Shown in pieces: positions 33,435-44,465 of a stretch of 64,000 nucleotides of DNA. The DNA lies in assembly GCA_918797485.1 (NCBI GenBank), contig CAKKNE010000001.1, forward strand, positions 2,232,001 through 2,296,000, in the 5' to 3' direction. The stretch's first letter is position 1. The number at the start of each line of letters is the position of its first letter. Under the pieces are notes generated by a model. It saw nothing but the letters and a program-made list of their open reading frames with translations, searched no databases and was not told the DNA's origin. This DNA is from Pelagomonas calceolata. Its lineage: Eukaryota. The translations under genes and the position numbers were made by a program.

Positions 33435-35513
33435 ATGGCCGAGACCACGCCCAGCTTCCTCGTTGAGCTACCGAAACATGTCCCCGGCTGGGACTCGAGA
33501 GCAAGATCCAGTAGAGAAGGCCGCGCGGTCGCGATCTCGGGACCTAGAAAACAACGAGGCGCGACGCTACGAGGATGTGAACTCAGCGCAGAAGAAGGGT
33601 GTTTATTTGAGGGCGAGAAGGACGCTCTTGTGTTCTATCCACCGCTGGAACTCGCAGCAACGGCCACAATTGCAGTAGAACTCAAGCCGCGAACGCTCAC
33701 AAAAGACGAGCGCTGGCTCGTGGCGACGTTTGGCAAAGGTGTTAAAGGCGAGAGCGCCCACATTTGTATTTTACAGACAGAAGGCCAGCAGCTTTTAGGA
33801 CTGTGGGACGGGGATCAGGAGCAGTGGCACCCGTGCGAACCGGAATGTGACATAGCTCCGAATAATGATAGATTCGTCCGCATCGTGGCCCAGATCGAAC
33901 AATCGCAAACTTCTTACTATGTTGATGGCGTCTTAGTCGGGTGTGCGGCCCACGCGGTGCATGCGCCGATCCTAGGTGCCGGCAACGTGCCCCTATGCGA
34001 TCGACCAAAAGCCTCGTCTAGGAAACAAGTAGTGGGCTGGATGAGGCGGTTGGAGGTGTACAGTGGTTTAGTGTATCCGCAGCACTGCTTCCCGTCCACG
34101 TATCAAAAGCCGAAGCCGGCTCTACTAGCACCGTGCGCGCCGTCGCAGTACGAGACGGGCGCTCCCGTGCAACAGCCGCCGCCGCGTGCGAAAATCCGTC
34201 GTGTGACTGACGACGAGGGCCCGAAGAAGAAGAAGCCGAAGAAGAAGGCGTCAATCGAGCCGCCGCCGCCACCTAGATCATTAGATCCCGCGCAACGCGT
34301 CTGTGCTTCTAGAGTATTAGCCGTCCACGGCGAGGAGGAGGCTTTTCTCGAAGCGGTAAGAGCGGCGCCGCGAGGCCGCCACTTATGGTTAGGCTATGAC
34401 CCGAAGCCACCAGTTGACGCAAAATCGCTCGACGCGTTTTTACGAGCCCGGCCCCATAGAACGGTGTTCAAATTTAGGGGCGAGGACGCTCCTTCTTTTG
34501 GCCTAGGTGCTCTAGGTGCGGAGCTCGAACATGCTGCTCGAAGAGATGGAGGCGCGGCAGCCATGCAGATCCTGCGGGACAAGTCGCAGATGTCGACGCT
34601 CTTCGCGCCGACGGGCGCCGGCGACACGGACTGGAACCATTCTAAAACTTCGATTGAAGTTTCGTTTGATGGGTTCATTCGGTCTGCGGATAAAGCTGAT
34701 CAGTGTCGAAGCAGAAGGGACGTCAAGGGGTTGGATCGAGAAGTCGAGAAGGGTAGTAATGCGCAAAAAGTGACCGAGTGGAAGCCCGCCTTTCTACGAA
34801 GGCAAGGCACTTCACCGGAGAGCACTGGACTACTCCCACCTTGGTTTGAGAGTAGGTCGTGGCTGACAAAACTGAAGAGGTCCGACGCGGAAGTCTTCCG
34901 ACCGAAATTCGCATTGATGCAGGCCGGGGCCTGTACGGAACACCATCGAGATAACTACGGGACTTTAACGTGGATCAAGGTGCTCGGTGGCAGTCAACTC
35001 TTAGCGACTTGGAACATGGCGGATGGCGATAGTACACCGGAGTTATCGGACAACCAGGAAGAGCACGACGAAGACTTTCCTTGGTCTACCTTTGCCCAAT
35101 TACCTTCTGCGCGATTGGTCTTCCTAGATGTTGGGGACGTCTTTTTTATGCGTCCCGGAGTTTATCATCGAGTGTTCACTCTATCGGCCAAAGTACAATT
35201 GTTCGGGGAATTCGTCGGTGCTGCTACGTTCGTGGAAAGTCTCAAATCTGCAAAGGCCGACCGGGAACGGCCCCACTGCCTGAAGGCCTGCGATTCTAGA
35301 ATTACGATGACGTCACTATTTCTCGCGGGCCTCGCTGCGGAACTAGGCGAGGTCGACGAGGGGCCCCTTCAGCAGGCTTTGGCGTTGGGCGGTCTCGAGG
35401 CCTTGCGGGCCATCAGGACCTTGCCGGACAAGTACTTGGACCGGTGCTCGCGCTGTCTAGGCTTCGACGCGGACGCGGCGTGCCAACAGCTGCTGGCGTG
35501 CCCGGGGCTGTGA
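33435..35513 (+). CDS. LamG/concanavalin-like + JmjC domain protein
   Basis: N-terminal beta-sandwich (YYVDGVLVG). JmjC HxD in TEHHRDNYG and distal H in RPGVYHRV. Confidence 0.75.
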   Translation: MAETTPSFLVELPKHVPGWDSRARSSREGRAVAISGPRKQRGATLRGCELSAEEGCLFEGEKDALVFYPPLELAATATIAVELKPRTLTKDERWLVATFGKGVKGESAHICILQTEGQQLLGLWDGDQEQWHPCEPECDIAPNNDRFVRIVAQIEQSQTSYYVDGVLVGCAAHAVHAPILGAGNVPLCDRPKASSRKQVVGWMRRLEVYSGLVYPQHCFPSTYQKPKPALLAPCAPSQYETGAPVQQPPPRAKIRRVTDDEGPKKKKPKKKASIEPPPPPRSLDPAQRVCASRVLAVHGEEEAFLEAVRAAPRGRHLWLGYDPKPPVDAKSLDAFLRARPHRTVFKFRGEDAPSFGLGALGAELEHAARRDGGAAAMQILRDKSQMSTLFAPTGAGDTDWNHSKTSIEVSFDGFIRSADKADQCRSRRDVKGLDREVEKGSNAQKVTEWKPAFLRRQGTSPESTGLLPPWFESRSWLTKLKRSDAEVFRPKFALMQAGACTEHHRDNYGTLTWIKVLGGSQLLATWNMADGDSTPELSDNQEEHDEDFPWSTFAQLPSARLVFLDVGDVFFMRPGVYHRVFTLSAKVQLFGEFVGAATFVESLKSAKADRERPHCLKACDSRITMTSLFLAGLAAELGEVDEGPLQQALALGGLEALRAIRTLPDKYLDRCSRCLGFDADAACQQLLACPGL

Positions 35514-35541
35514 GTAGGGAGTTCTTATATTAATTTACTCG

Positions 35542-36828
35542 CTAGAGCTTCCGCAAACCCTCGCGAATGTGGTCCTGGACCATAACCATCGCTTGCTTTA
35601 ACGCGATCCCGCCGTAGCCACCGCCCTGCTTTGCAAACGTGCGCTCGTGACCCTCGGGTTCGCCCACCGCCTTGCGGTCCAGACCAATTCTGGTTAGTAC
35701 CTTCATCCGGCAGTGAAGTTCGAGCGTGAGGGCATTGCCCTCGGGGCCGAGCTCGATACTGAGATACCGCCCCGTTACCGAACAGAACGAACAATAGCCT
35801 CGAGCATGCGGAGACCACATCTTTTGTTCCTGAGAGAGGAACCACCTTTGAAGGTAACCGAATCTAGGCTCGCTCTGCGAGATCAAATAATAGCGAAGGT
35901 AGTGCCTCGGAGTCGCTAGCTCCGACTCGAGGGCCTGGCGTAGAGATCGACACCTCGCCCCAATGCTTTTACGTGTAATGAGACGTGCGAGTCTAGCGCA
36001 GATGAACGCGCTGCGGTCTTCATACAAGTCTGATTCTAAAAACCCCGGCCGGTAAGGTATCCTTCGGCCAGTGCTGGGCACGACGTCGCCAAAACGACTA
36101 CGTTGTGCCACATTTTTTAGACTTGCGAACGTGTAGACCAGCGGCGTGCACCCGTGATCGCAGGTGGCATGCACGTCTGCGCCGCTTTTGATGAGGAGCC
36201 GCGCGAGCGCCTCCGTGTCGTCGAACCCCTGACTTGCCAGTTCTGGAAGTACCATAAGCGCGGTCTTTCCGTCCATGGGCGCGGTCCTCGCGTAATCTGG
36301 ATCGACGCCGTACGCGAGGAACGCCCGAGCGAGCCGCAGCGTGGCACCCTCATCGGAATAATCGACGGAATTGGACAAGACTCGGCAATTTCGGAATCCT
36401 GGGTTAAAGAGGAAAACAAAGGCTTCGCCTATCGGATCAAATGGAAGGGGAATAAGAGGGATAGTACTCGAGAGAGTACTTGAGCGGTCACGGAGATACC
36501 TTTCGCTTCTAAGTATCTGCTCGGCCTCGCCTCGCGTCATGCCGAATAGGTCCCGCTCAGTCTGCTCAACCTCGGCCTGCAGCGCGTGCCGGAGCGACGC
36601 GCTGCTGCCGGCGGCGACGATGAGCTCGTGGGCGCTATCCGGTCGCACGAAAACACAGATTCGCCGCCATAAATCATCCGGTAAGCCCGCGAGCGAGGCC
36701 GAGGCGACGCCCTCGTCCTCCACGCGTAAGTCTGCTATAGCACAGATCGACCCTGCATCTCGATATTTCGCTCGATACGCGTCTGCAGGCGATCGATGCC
36801 GCGCGCGATAGGCGTCCGCCGGTCGCAT
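35542..36828 (-). CDS. Ankyrin-containing hypothetical protein with F-box-like segment
   Basis: LAGLPDDLWRRICVF, then GKTALM..LLIKSGADVHATCDHGCTPL. Confidence 0.65.
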   Translation of the reverse strand: MRPADAYRARHRSPADAYRAKYRDAGSICAIADLRVEDEGVASASLAGLPDDLWRRICVFVRPDSAHELIVAAGSSASLRHALQAEVEQTERDLFGMTRGEAEQILRSERYLRDRSSTLSSTIPLIPLPFDPIGEAFVFLFNPGFRNCRVLSNSVDYSDEGATLRLARAFLAYGVDPDYARTAPMDGKTALMVLPELASQGFDDTEALARLLIKSGADVHATCDHGCTPLVYTFASLKNVAQRSRFGDVVPSTGRRIPYRPGFLESDLYEDRSAFICARLARLITRKSIGARCRSLRQALESELATPRHYLRYYLISQSEPRFGYLQRWFLSQEQKMWSPHARGYCSFCSVTGRYLSIELGPEGNALTLELHCRMKVLTRIGLDRKAVGEPEGHERTFAKQGGGYGGIALKQAMVMVQDHIREGLRKL

Positions 36829-36884
36829 GATACACAATTATGGTGGTTGGGCCTAGTAATCACGCCCAAAAAAAGTATGCGCGA

Positions 36885-36905
36885 GCTAGCGCCGTAAGAC
36901 ACTAG
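36885..36905 (-). promoter_or_regulatory. Bipartite motif CTAGTGTCTTAC-N2-CGCTAGC
   Basis: About 57 nt upstream of the ATG at 36828, co-oriented. Confidence 0.55.
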
Positions 36906-37083
36906 TAAGCCAGGCAAGCTCGACGCGCAAGCGCACGCCAGCGTCGCGCTCACGTGCCATATAGGCCACCAGTGCCACGTATCGCAGCAGTCCGCTGGTA
37001 CGCGTGGTTCCGCCGAGCTATTTCGTTTCGCATTGGTTAGAACAGCACTGTACACAAGGCAAGCGCAGGACGCCATCGCAGCG

Positions 37084-38913
37084 ATGGCCACGAAGCGCCC
37101 GCGCGCCGAGGAAGAAAAGGTCTGGGACGCCTTCCAGAACTGCTGGACGATAAATGGCGAGCCCGTCGACGATGCCAACGAGAGCGACGGCGAGGAGTTT
37201 GTCTCCCTCAAAGAACGACGCGCGTTAAAGGAGGAGCGCCTCCGTAAACAAAGGAAGCGGCCCGCTGCGGAAGAAGAAGAGGCACCAGAACCAGCACCGG
37301 CGCCGGAACCGCAGCAGCAGCGCGCGTTGGTCGACGAGGCCGAAGATTTAAGAAGACAGCAACAAGGCATGGACAAGGAGAAGACGAAGCGCGCGGAAGA
37401 GGAGGCGCGCATGCTGAGGGAAGCAGCTAGAGTGGGCACGAACGCGCTGAAGAGCGCCCGAGAAATTGCGGACGACACGCAGTTCGGCCGCTCGTTACCG
37501 ACGGACTGGCGGCCTCTCGATAAACCGCTGGACGACGAACAAGCTGCGGCCTTGCGGAAGAAGTGGTGCATTTTATGCGATGGGAATCAAGTGCCGCCTC
37601 CAATCAAGTCGTTCGAGGGCATGGGCCTACCTCGCGATTTGTTGAGTGCGCTCCGCGAGAAGAACATCCGAAGGCCGACGCCCATCCAGGTGCAAGGGTT
37701 ACCCGTCGCTCTGTCGGGCCGGGACATGATCGGCATCGCGTTTACTGGGTCTGGGAAAACCGTTGCATTCTCGATACCTCTGATAATAAGGTCGCTGGAG
37801 CGGGAGCGGAAACGGCCCCTACGGTCGGGAGAAGGGCCCGTTGGGGTTGTGTTGTGTCCGTCTCGGGAGTTGGCCCGACAGACCCATGAGGTCGTGTCAT
37901 TTTTCATGGACCGACTCGATCGAACGCCTCTCAGAAGCACGTGCGCCATTGGTGGGGAGCCGAAGCAGCAGCAGCTGGATGTTGTGCGACGACGAGGTGT
38001 GCATGCCGTCGTGGCCACTCCTGGAAGGTTTCGAGATTTTCTGGATAGTAGAGCGATAAACCTCCAGAGTTGTGTGTACATGTGCCTCGACGAGGGCGAT
38101 CGGATGTTGGATCTAGGATTTGATGAAGAGGTCCACCGCATCATGAACCACTTTTCTAAGCAGAGACAAACTCTGTTATTTTCCGCGACGATGCCGAAGA
38201 AATTTCAGGACTTCGCGAGAGGCGCTCTCGTTGACTCGATCACCGTGAACGTGTCGAGAGCGGGTGCGGCGAACCTGGACGTGATTCAGGAGGTCGAGTA
38301 CGTCAAGCTAGAGGCGAGAATTGTTTATTTGCTAGAATGCTTGCAAAAGACCGCGCCGCCCGTCGTCGTCTTTTGTGAAAGAAAAGGCGACGTCGACGAC
38401 GTGCATGAGTACTTACTGCTGAAGGGGGTCGAAGCTGTCTCAATACATGGTGGGAAAGATCAAGAAGAAAGAAATGACGCTATACGACGGTTCAAGGACG
38501 GTTCGAAGGATGTCCTCGTAGCTACCGACGTCGCCGCCAAAGGCCTAGATTTCCCGGACATCCAGCACGTGATTAATTTCGACATGCCGTCGGAAATTGA
38601 GAATTACGTCCACAGAATTGGGAGGACCGGTAGGTGTGGGAAGACGGGCGTGGCCACGACGTTCATCAACAAGACCGTGGAGCCCTCCGCTCTCCTAGAT
38701 CTGAAGCACTTGTTAGTTGAGGCCAAACAGCGCGTGCCGCCCGTGTTACAGGTTTTGGATGAACCGGAAGAGCGCGGCGAGGGGTGTGCTTTCTGCGGCG
38801 GGCTGGGGCACACGATCTTGGACTGCCCGAAGCGCGACAAAGATGCTCGTAGATTGAATGCCAACAGAAGGGACATGCTGAGCGGCACGGGCGGGCCGGG
38901 GGGGGACTGGTGA
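37084..38913 (+). CDS. DDX41: DEAD-box RNA helicase DDX41/abstrakt
   Basis: PTPIQVQG, AFTGSGKT, DEGDRM, SAT and HRIGRTGRCG, plus the zinc knuckle CAFCGGLGHTILDCPK. Confidence 0.95.
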   Translation: MATKRPRAEEEKVWDAFQNCWTINGEPVDDANESDGEEFVSLKERRALKEERLRKQRKRPAAEEEEAPEPAPAPEPQQQRALVDEAEDLRRQQQGMDKEKTKRAEEEARMLREAARVGTNALKSAREIADDTQFGRSLPTDWRPLDKPLDDEQAAALRKKWCILCDGNQVPPPIKSFEGMGLPRDLLSALREKNIRRPTPIQVQGLPVALSGRDMIGIAFTGSGKTVAFSIPLIIRSLERERKRPLRSGEGPVGVVLCPSRELARQTHEVVSFFMDRLDRTPLRSTCAIGGEPKQQQLDVVRRRGVHAVVATPGRFRDFLDSRAINLQSCVYMCLDEGDRMLDLGFDEEVHRIMNHFSKQRQTLLFSATMPKKFQDFARGALVDSITVNVSRAGAANLDVIQEVEYVKLEARIVYLLECLQKTAPPVVVFCERKGDVDDVHEYLLLKGVEAVSIHGGKDQEERNDAIRRFKDGSKDVLVATDVAAKGLDFPDIQHVINFDMPSEIENYVHRIGRTGRCGKTGVATTFINKTVEPSALLDLKHLLVEAKQRVPPVLQVLDEPEERGEGCAFCGGLGHTILDCPKRDKDARRLNANRRDMLSGTGGPGGDW

Positions 38914-39238
38914 CCTAAGTTGTGGCATCGGATTGGTGTGTCGCCGATTGATCGGATTGGTGAGTGGGCGGCCGCGTCGTCGTCGGGGCGGCCGGGGCTG
39001 CCCGACGCGGGGAGCCTGGTATCCTTATTTGGAATAGTAGTGCGCGAAAGGAGGCATCCTTGCGGCGGCCGCGCGCGCGCCGATTCCCGCCTCAACTTTC
39101 TGGTCTCGCGGGAGCGCCGGGGCAGATAGGGCTGCTTTCTACGTAAGCTGCCGGGAGGGCCGCTTTGAGCGCAATTCGGGCATAACCCCACTCTGAACGC
39201 CTTGCCCCGCGCCGCGGGCAGCCGAGAATCCACGCATC

Positions 39239-42200
39239 ATGGGGACCTCACTGCTCCTGCTGCCGCTCCTCATCGGGGCAGCCAGCGCGGACGTCAATGT
39301 ACGCTTCACGGAGGGCTTTGGCCACCCGGAGACCAACACCTGGGATAGCAGCTGCCGCGGCGGCGCGTACCGCGCAGCCGCGCTCACCAAAGCGGCGGGC
39401 CTGCGCATCGACGGTGGGGGCGTCGCCTACCAATGCGGCTCTGACACAGCTTGCGCGCAAGTCTTCGCCTCGATGGGCTACGACGGCTGGGCGCTCAACG
39501 CCGACGACCTCGCGTCGGGGTCGCTGGACACCTTCATCACCAACGTTGGCAGCAAGCCGGTGTTGTCGAACTACGCCTCGAGCTATACCTCGACATTCGC
39601 GAACATCGGCGGCGCCGTGCTGCTGGCGGTAGCGGATGGCGGCACGACCAAGTACCGCCAGGCCGTCGCCGTCGCGCTCACCGAGGCGCGGAACGCCGGC
39701 ATCGACTTCGACACCACGCCGGTCATTCTCCTGGTGAGCGGCATCTCGACCGTCGACATCGACGACCTCGGCGGGATCAACGCCGCGGACGCCGTGGAGA
39801 AGCTCGCCATGGAGACAGCGGACGTCGACCTCGTCATCGCGACGGGCATCTCCGGCCTGTCCACGAGCAGCTACGGGGAGGGCACCAACTGGGCGGGAGA
39901 AAGGGTCTACCTGGTCGGCTCCGACGCCTCGACGACCGTCCAGACGATGGCGCTCGGCTTCAACGACGGGACCGGCGCACCGTCGTCGATGGACAGAGAT
40001 GACGAGCCTTGCAGTGAGAGCAACTATGACGAGTTCATTTATAAAATGATCTACGGCAACGTCGACACCGTGCAGATCGGCATGCTCTGCGACACGGGCG
40101 CCGCCGGGCGCGAGGAGTGCGACGCGGGGCGGGCGGCGTTCGAGGCGATCAATAACAAGAACGACGGCATCTTCGACGACGTGCTGACATCGACGAAGCT
40201 AGAGGTGACGGTTGCGTCTTTTGACGGCAACAACTGCGGGCTCGGCGCCTCGGCGCGGGAGGCGTGGCGGACCGACCTCGCCGCGGCCAATCCGGTCGCG
40301 GTCGTCGGGCCCGGCGGTACGACGTGCGTGAAATCGGTCGCATCGAACTCTAACCGCCAGACTCTGGCAAGCTACGGTCTCCGGGATGACGCGGTCGTCA
40401 TCTCCGAGTCGTCGACGGCCACGGTCGCCAGCGACCGGTCCATCTACCCCAACCTGGCGCGCCTCGTGAGCACCGAGGACACGGTCAGCCAGGGGGTGTT
40501 GGCCGCATTTCAGAAATACGGCTGGACTCGCCTCGCCATCGTGTACGACGCCACCGACGAGTGGGCCGCGGACACCGCGAGGGTAGTGAGCGAAAACCTC
40601 GGCGCCGCGGGCATCGCCACCCTGGGCGACAAGTGCGTGTCGCGGTCGTGCGCGACATCGGAAAGCAAGTCGGATCACAGGGGTCCCAAGAAGAGCATAC
40701 GATTCGACAAAGCGGACCCCCACTGGGGCAACACCCTCATATCCACGGACGTGGCCGACTCAATTCTCGACGAACTGGTCGCACTCGACGCCAAGATCAT
40801 CTACCTCATGATCCAGCCCTCCGACACCAAGGTGCTCTTCGAGCGGATCTATCAAACAAAGAAGTGCTATGGGGCCGGGCACGCCTATTTTACCGGGTGG
40901 CCCTCGGACCAAATGTTTTTGAACGACGACGGAAAGGCGAGCACGGACGCCGCCTACGGCGCCGTGGGGCTGCTGACCGTCAAGGAGCGCCAGGACACGT
41001 CCGGTAGCGTCGCACAGGCCTTGATCGCCGCCCGCGAGGGCAGCATGGACGAGACCGTGTGCGCGCAGAACGACTATGTCAACGACGGCAGGTACTGCGA
41101 CGTCGACGGGGACGCCTCCACGCTGGGCGGCGGCTACGGCCCGTTCGTGGTCGACTCCGTGATCACGCTGGCGAAGGCGCTCGACTCGCTCAGCAGCAGC
41201 TCCGACCGCCAGAACCCGGAAAAGATCTACGAGGCGATTGGGGACGTCGGGAGGGCGGGTTTCGAGGCCTATTCGGGCACCGTGGTTCTGAACACCTACA
41301 AGGAGCGCGTGGGCTCCATGGCGATCAGAAATTACCAGCTCGAGGAGAAGGCGATCGAAAACGAGGAAAGGCGCCTCGCCGTGGATCTGACGTCGACTTC
41401 CCTGGCCGACAAGGTCGTCGCCAACATCGTGGGCGGCCAGTGGGTGCCGGAAGCCGGCATGTCGATCATCTTCCCGGGCGGCACGACGAAGGTGCCTCTG
41501 GACCGCACGCCCGAAAGCGACGACGGCAAGGGCAAGGTCGACATGGGCCTTATCTTAGGCTTAATCTTCGGCCTCTTCCTCCCGATCCTCCTCTGCATCG
41601 GCGTCGGCTTCTACCTCTACCGCCGGAAGAAGATCGAGAAATCCCGCAAACAAAAAGCGACGATCCAGCAGGCCCAGGACGAGCTCCAGGCCTTCAAGGA
41701 GAGCGTCGTGAACATGAGGGTTGTGGTCGAGGCGGCGGCGCCCGGGGGTAGCGCCGCGGAAAATGCGCCGCCGGCCGCGCCCGCCAAGTGGTACTGGGAG
41801 GAGAGCGTCGCGCGGCTGACGGCGCACGCCGTCGTCAAGCCGCCCCACTGGATCCCTTATGATGATCAAACCTCGGCCCAGCTCGAGGCGGCGAGGGCCA
41901 AAGCTTCGGTCGGCGGCTCGCCGGTCGTGCCCCTGTCGGCCGCGTACCACGCGAACGTCCTCGAGATGAAGCAGACGAACGTGCGTACCGGCTTCTCGCG
42001 GGCGCTTCTGCGGGACGCGCCGCCGCCTCCCAAATCTTCGTCGTGGTTTGGTTCCAGGGACGCACCTCCTCCGCCTCCCCCATTACCCGCGGACATCGAC
42101 GCCGACGAGCGCACTTGTTTGGTCTGCGACGTGGGTGCTATCTTACAACTGGCCAAACAACGGGACGACGGCTGGGCCTTCGGAAGCGTCGTCCTCGCGG

Positions 42201-43140
42201 CCGACGGCGCGCTGAGCACGGACCCGGGCTACGGCTGGAACCGCAACCAGGGCTGGTTCCAGATGGAGAAGACCGACGTGCCGACCGCGGACCAGTTAGC
42301 CGAGTTGCAGAAAGTACTGGGCGGAAGCGGCGGCACCGACGCTCTAGCCACGCCAAAGTACTGGGACGAAGTCAAGGACCCCACCGTCGTCGAGTACTTT
42401 AGATTAGATCCTAGGTCGCCGGCGACGCGCGACGAGTACACGAGGTGTGTGGACGCCTTCATGCTCACGCTCGATCGCTCGAAGTTCCGCATCCACTCCG
42501 TCGACCGCGTCCAGAACATCAGTCTGTGGCAGTCCTACGCCGTGAAGAAGGCCGCGACCTGTTCTCGTGAAGATGATCCTGATAAGGCGGCGCGGAAGTA
42601 TGTTCGAGCTTGGTTGTTTCACGGCTGCCCGAGTGACGTCGTTCCCAAGATCCTGCAGCAGGGTTTTAATCGTAGTTTCTGCGGCAAGAACGCGACGCTC
42701 TACGGCAAGGGCGTGTACTTCGCGCGCGACGCGTCGTACTCGACCTTTCCATTGTATTGCGCGCCCGACGCCCAGGGCGTGCAGACCATTTTCTTGGTGC
42801 GCGCCGTCGTCGGCCAGTGGTCCAAGGGCGTCAAGGACGCGCTCACGCCCGACGTCCGCGACGCGGCGCGCAACATCCTGTACGACTGCACGGTCGACAA
42901 CGTCAGGGACCCCTCCATCTTCGTCACGTACCACGACGCCCAGGCGTACCCCGAGTACATGATCAAGTTCTCGCAGACGACGCAGCACACCGGCCACCCC
43001 AAGGCCGGCCTGCCGGCGCACCGCCCCTACCGGTGTGGAAATCAAATTTACGGCGCGTTCGCTCGTTCTTCGCACCCGACTCACTGGTCGATTTCCACGC
43101 AGGCCTCTACCGGCCCAACCTGGTCGAGGGCATCGAGTAG
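39239..43140 (+). CDS. Single-pass receptor: signal, degenerate 5'-nucleotidase-like, Venus flytrap, TM, WWE, SH3-like, PARP catalytic
   Basis: PARP motifs WLFHGC, GFNRSFCGKNATLYGKGVYFARDASYS and PSIFVTYHDAQAYPEY. TM at about 41543-41620. The GC-AG introner intron 43023-43102 gives the end RLYRPNLVEGIE*. Confidence 0.85.
43031..43102 (+). mobile_element. Introner element forming GC-AG intron 43023-43102
   Basis: TIRs CGGTGTGGAAATCAA / TCGATTTCCACGCAG and TSD GCCCCTAC/GCCTCTAC. Confidence 0.88.
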
Positions 43141-43292
43141 GGCGCCCTATCCTACGCACAAATTCGCCTCCCCCTGCCCCCTCCCCCTTTCACACCGCGA
43201 GCTACTCACAGAACACACTCCCTTTCGCGACACACCGCGAGCTCTAGCTCGCGGTGCACACCCTCCGAAGTCTGGGTCACGAGTAACACTTA

Positions 43293-44123
43293 CTATTCGT
43301 CGCAGACGCGGACGCGCTCGGGCATCGCCACGGCGCCGAGCGCGCCGTGGTCCCGTCGTAATTTAGAGAAGGAGTCCTCGGCGCGGCCACCCGATCTCAC
43401 AAGGACACCGCGGAACCGCCGCATCGTCAGCGGCCGGAGCTTGGCGCTCCGGAAGTGCCGCCACATCTCCCGTTCCGGATACAGTGAGCGCGCCGGGTGC
43501 CTTTCCACTTCATCCCGGAACGTCGCGTAGGCGTTTGCATACGCTTCCATGGCGCGCGGCGCCGCGACAGCGACTTGGTCAAATACAAGATTGTCCTCGG
43601 CGAAGGGCACTAGCACGGTCTTGCCGTGGGCCAGTTGTAAAGCTGCAGTGAGATTTAGGTCCGAGCACCAGCGTAAGTCTGGCCGCGTCCGGATGACTAG
43701 GGCATGTCCTCTGGCATCGTTCCGTCGCAATGCATCGGCCTTGGCGATCGACCGGAACATCAAAGCGACGTTCGTGGCCTTGCCCCGCGCCGTGCCGTCG
43801 CCCGCGGGCAGGTCCTTGAGCCGAGGCAGGTCGCTCTCAAGCCCGGCCAGCGCCTCCTTGTAGGGCTCTAGCTCGAGCCGCCTTAGCCCCGGATGGCGGC
43901 CCGGCCGGCGCAGCGCGCGCGCGGCCGCGGCGTCGGAGCCGTCGGCGACCGCGAAGTAGTAGAAGTCGAAGACGAAGCCCGGGTTCGGCTGGACGACGCG
44001 CCGGAAGAACGACGCGTTGCAATTGAGGAACGTGCGCAAGCTTCCGGACGTGACGACGGCGACGCGCGGCTTGTCTGCTGCTGCCCCCATGATGATGAGG
44101 GGGCATAGGAATGCGCGGACCAT
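43293..44123 (-). CDS. Secreted putative glycosyltransferase-like protein
   Basis: Signal peptide, then VAVVTSGSLRTF, VIRTRPDL and FDQVAVA motifs. Confidence 0.65.
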   Translation of the reverse strand: MVRAFLCPLIIMGAAADKPRVAVVTSGSLRTFLNCNASFFRRVVQPNPGFVFDFYYFAVADGSDAAAARALRRPGRHPGLRRLELEPYKEALAGLESDLPRLKDLPAGDGTARGKATNVALMFRSIAKADALRRNDARGHALVIRTRPDLRWCSDLNLTAALQLAHGKTVLVPFAEDNLVFDQVAVAAPRAMEAYANAYATFRDEVERHPARSLYPEREMWRHFRSAKLRPLTMRRFRGVLVRSGGRAEDSFSKLRRDHGALGAVAMPERVRVCDE

Positions 44124-44365
44124 GGCGTTTTGCGCAGCAGTAGTGCTGGGGAGTTGGGCAGGTCCTGCTCGCCGAGTAGAATCGCTGCCCTTTTACGTCT
44201 ACGACACCAGACTGCGAGAGGCCGACTCCGGCCGGAGAGTCGATGTTTGGCTGCGTGCGGGCGCGCGAGAGACGCCATCGACGCGACGCGAGCTAAACGT
44301 GTCACAAAGAAAGGATACTTATATATAGGGTGGGTGGTCCGTGGCGGTGCGCGCGACAAGGCGCC

Positions 44366-44437
44366 GGCCGACGCGCTCCGGTCGGCCCGCGAGCATAAGA
44401 TTGTACTCGCGGACGTCATGGTGTGAGCGCGGCGACC
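44366..44437 (-). promoter_or_regulatory. SECIS element
   Basis: Helix I CGCGCTC/GAGCGCG, core ATGAC...CGAC, helix II GTCCGCGAGTA/TGCTCGCGGGC and apical AA loop, in the 3' UTR of the UGA-containing gene. Confidence 0.88.
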
Positions 44438-44465
44438 GACATATCGCACACCTCCGGACCTAGGG

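Noticed and set aside
43023..43366. C-terminal extension of the 1375-aa ORF
   Set aside because: It reads through an introner intron and overlaps the convergent gene. The spliced end at 43140 is more plausible.
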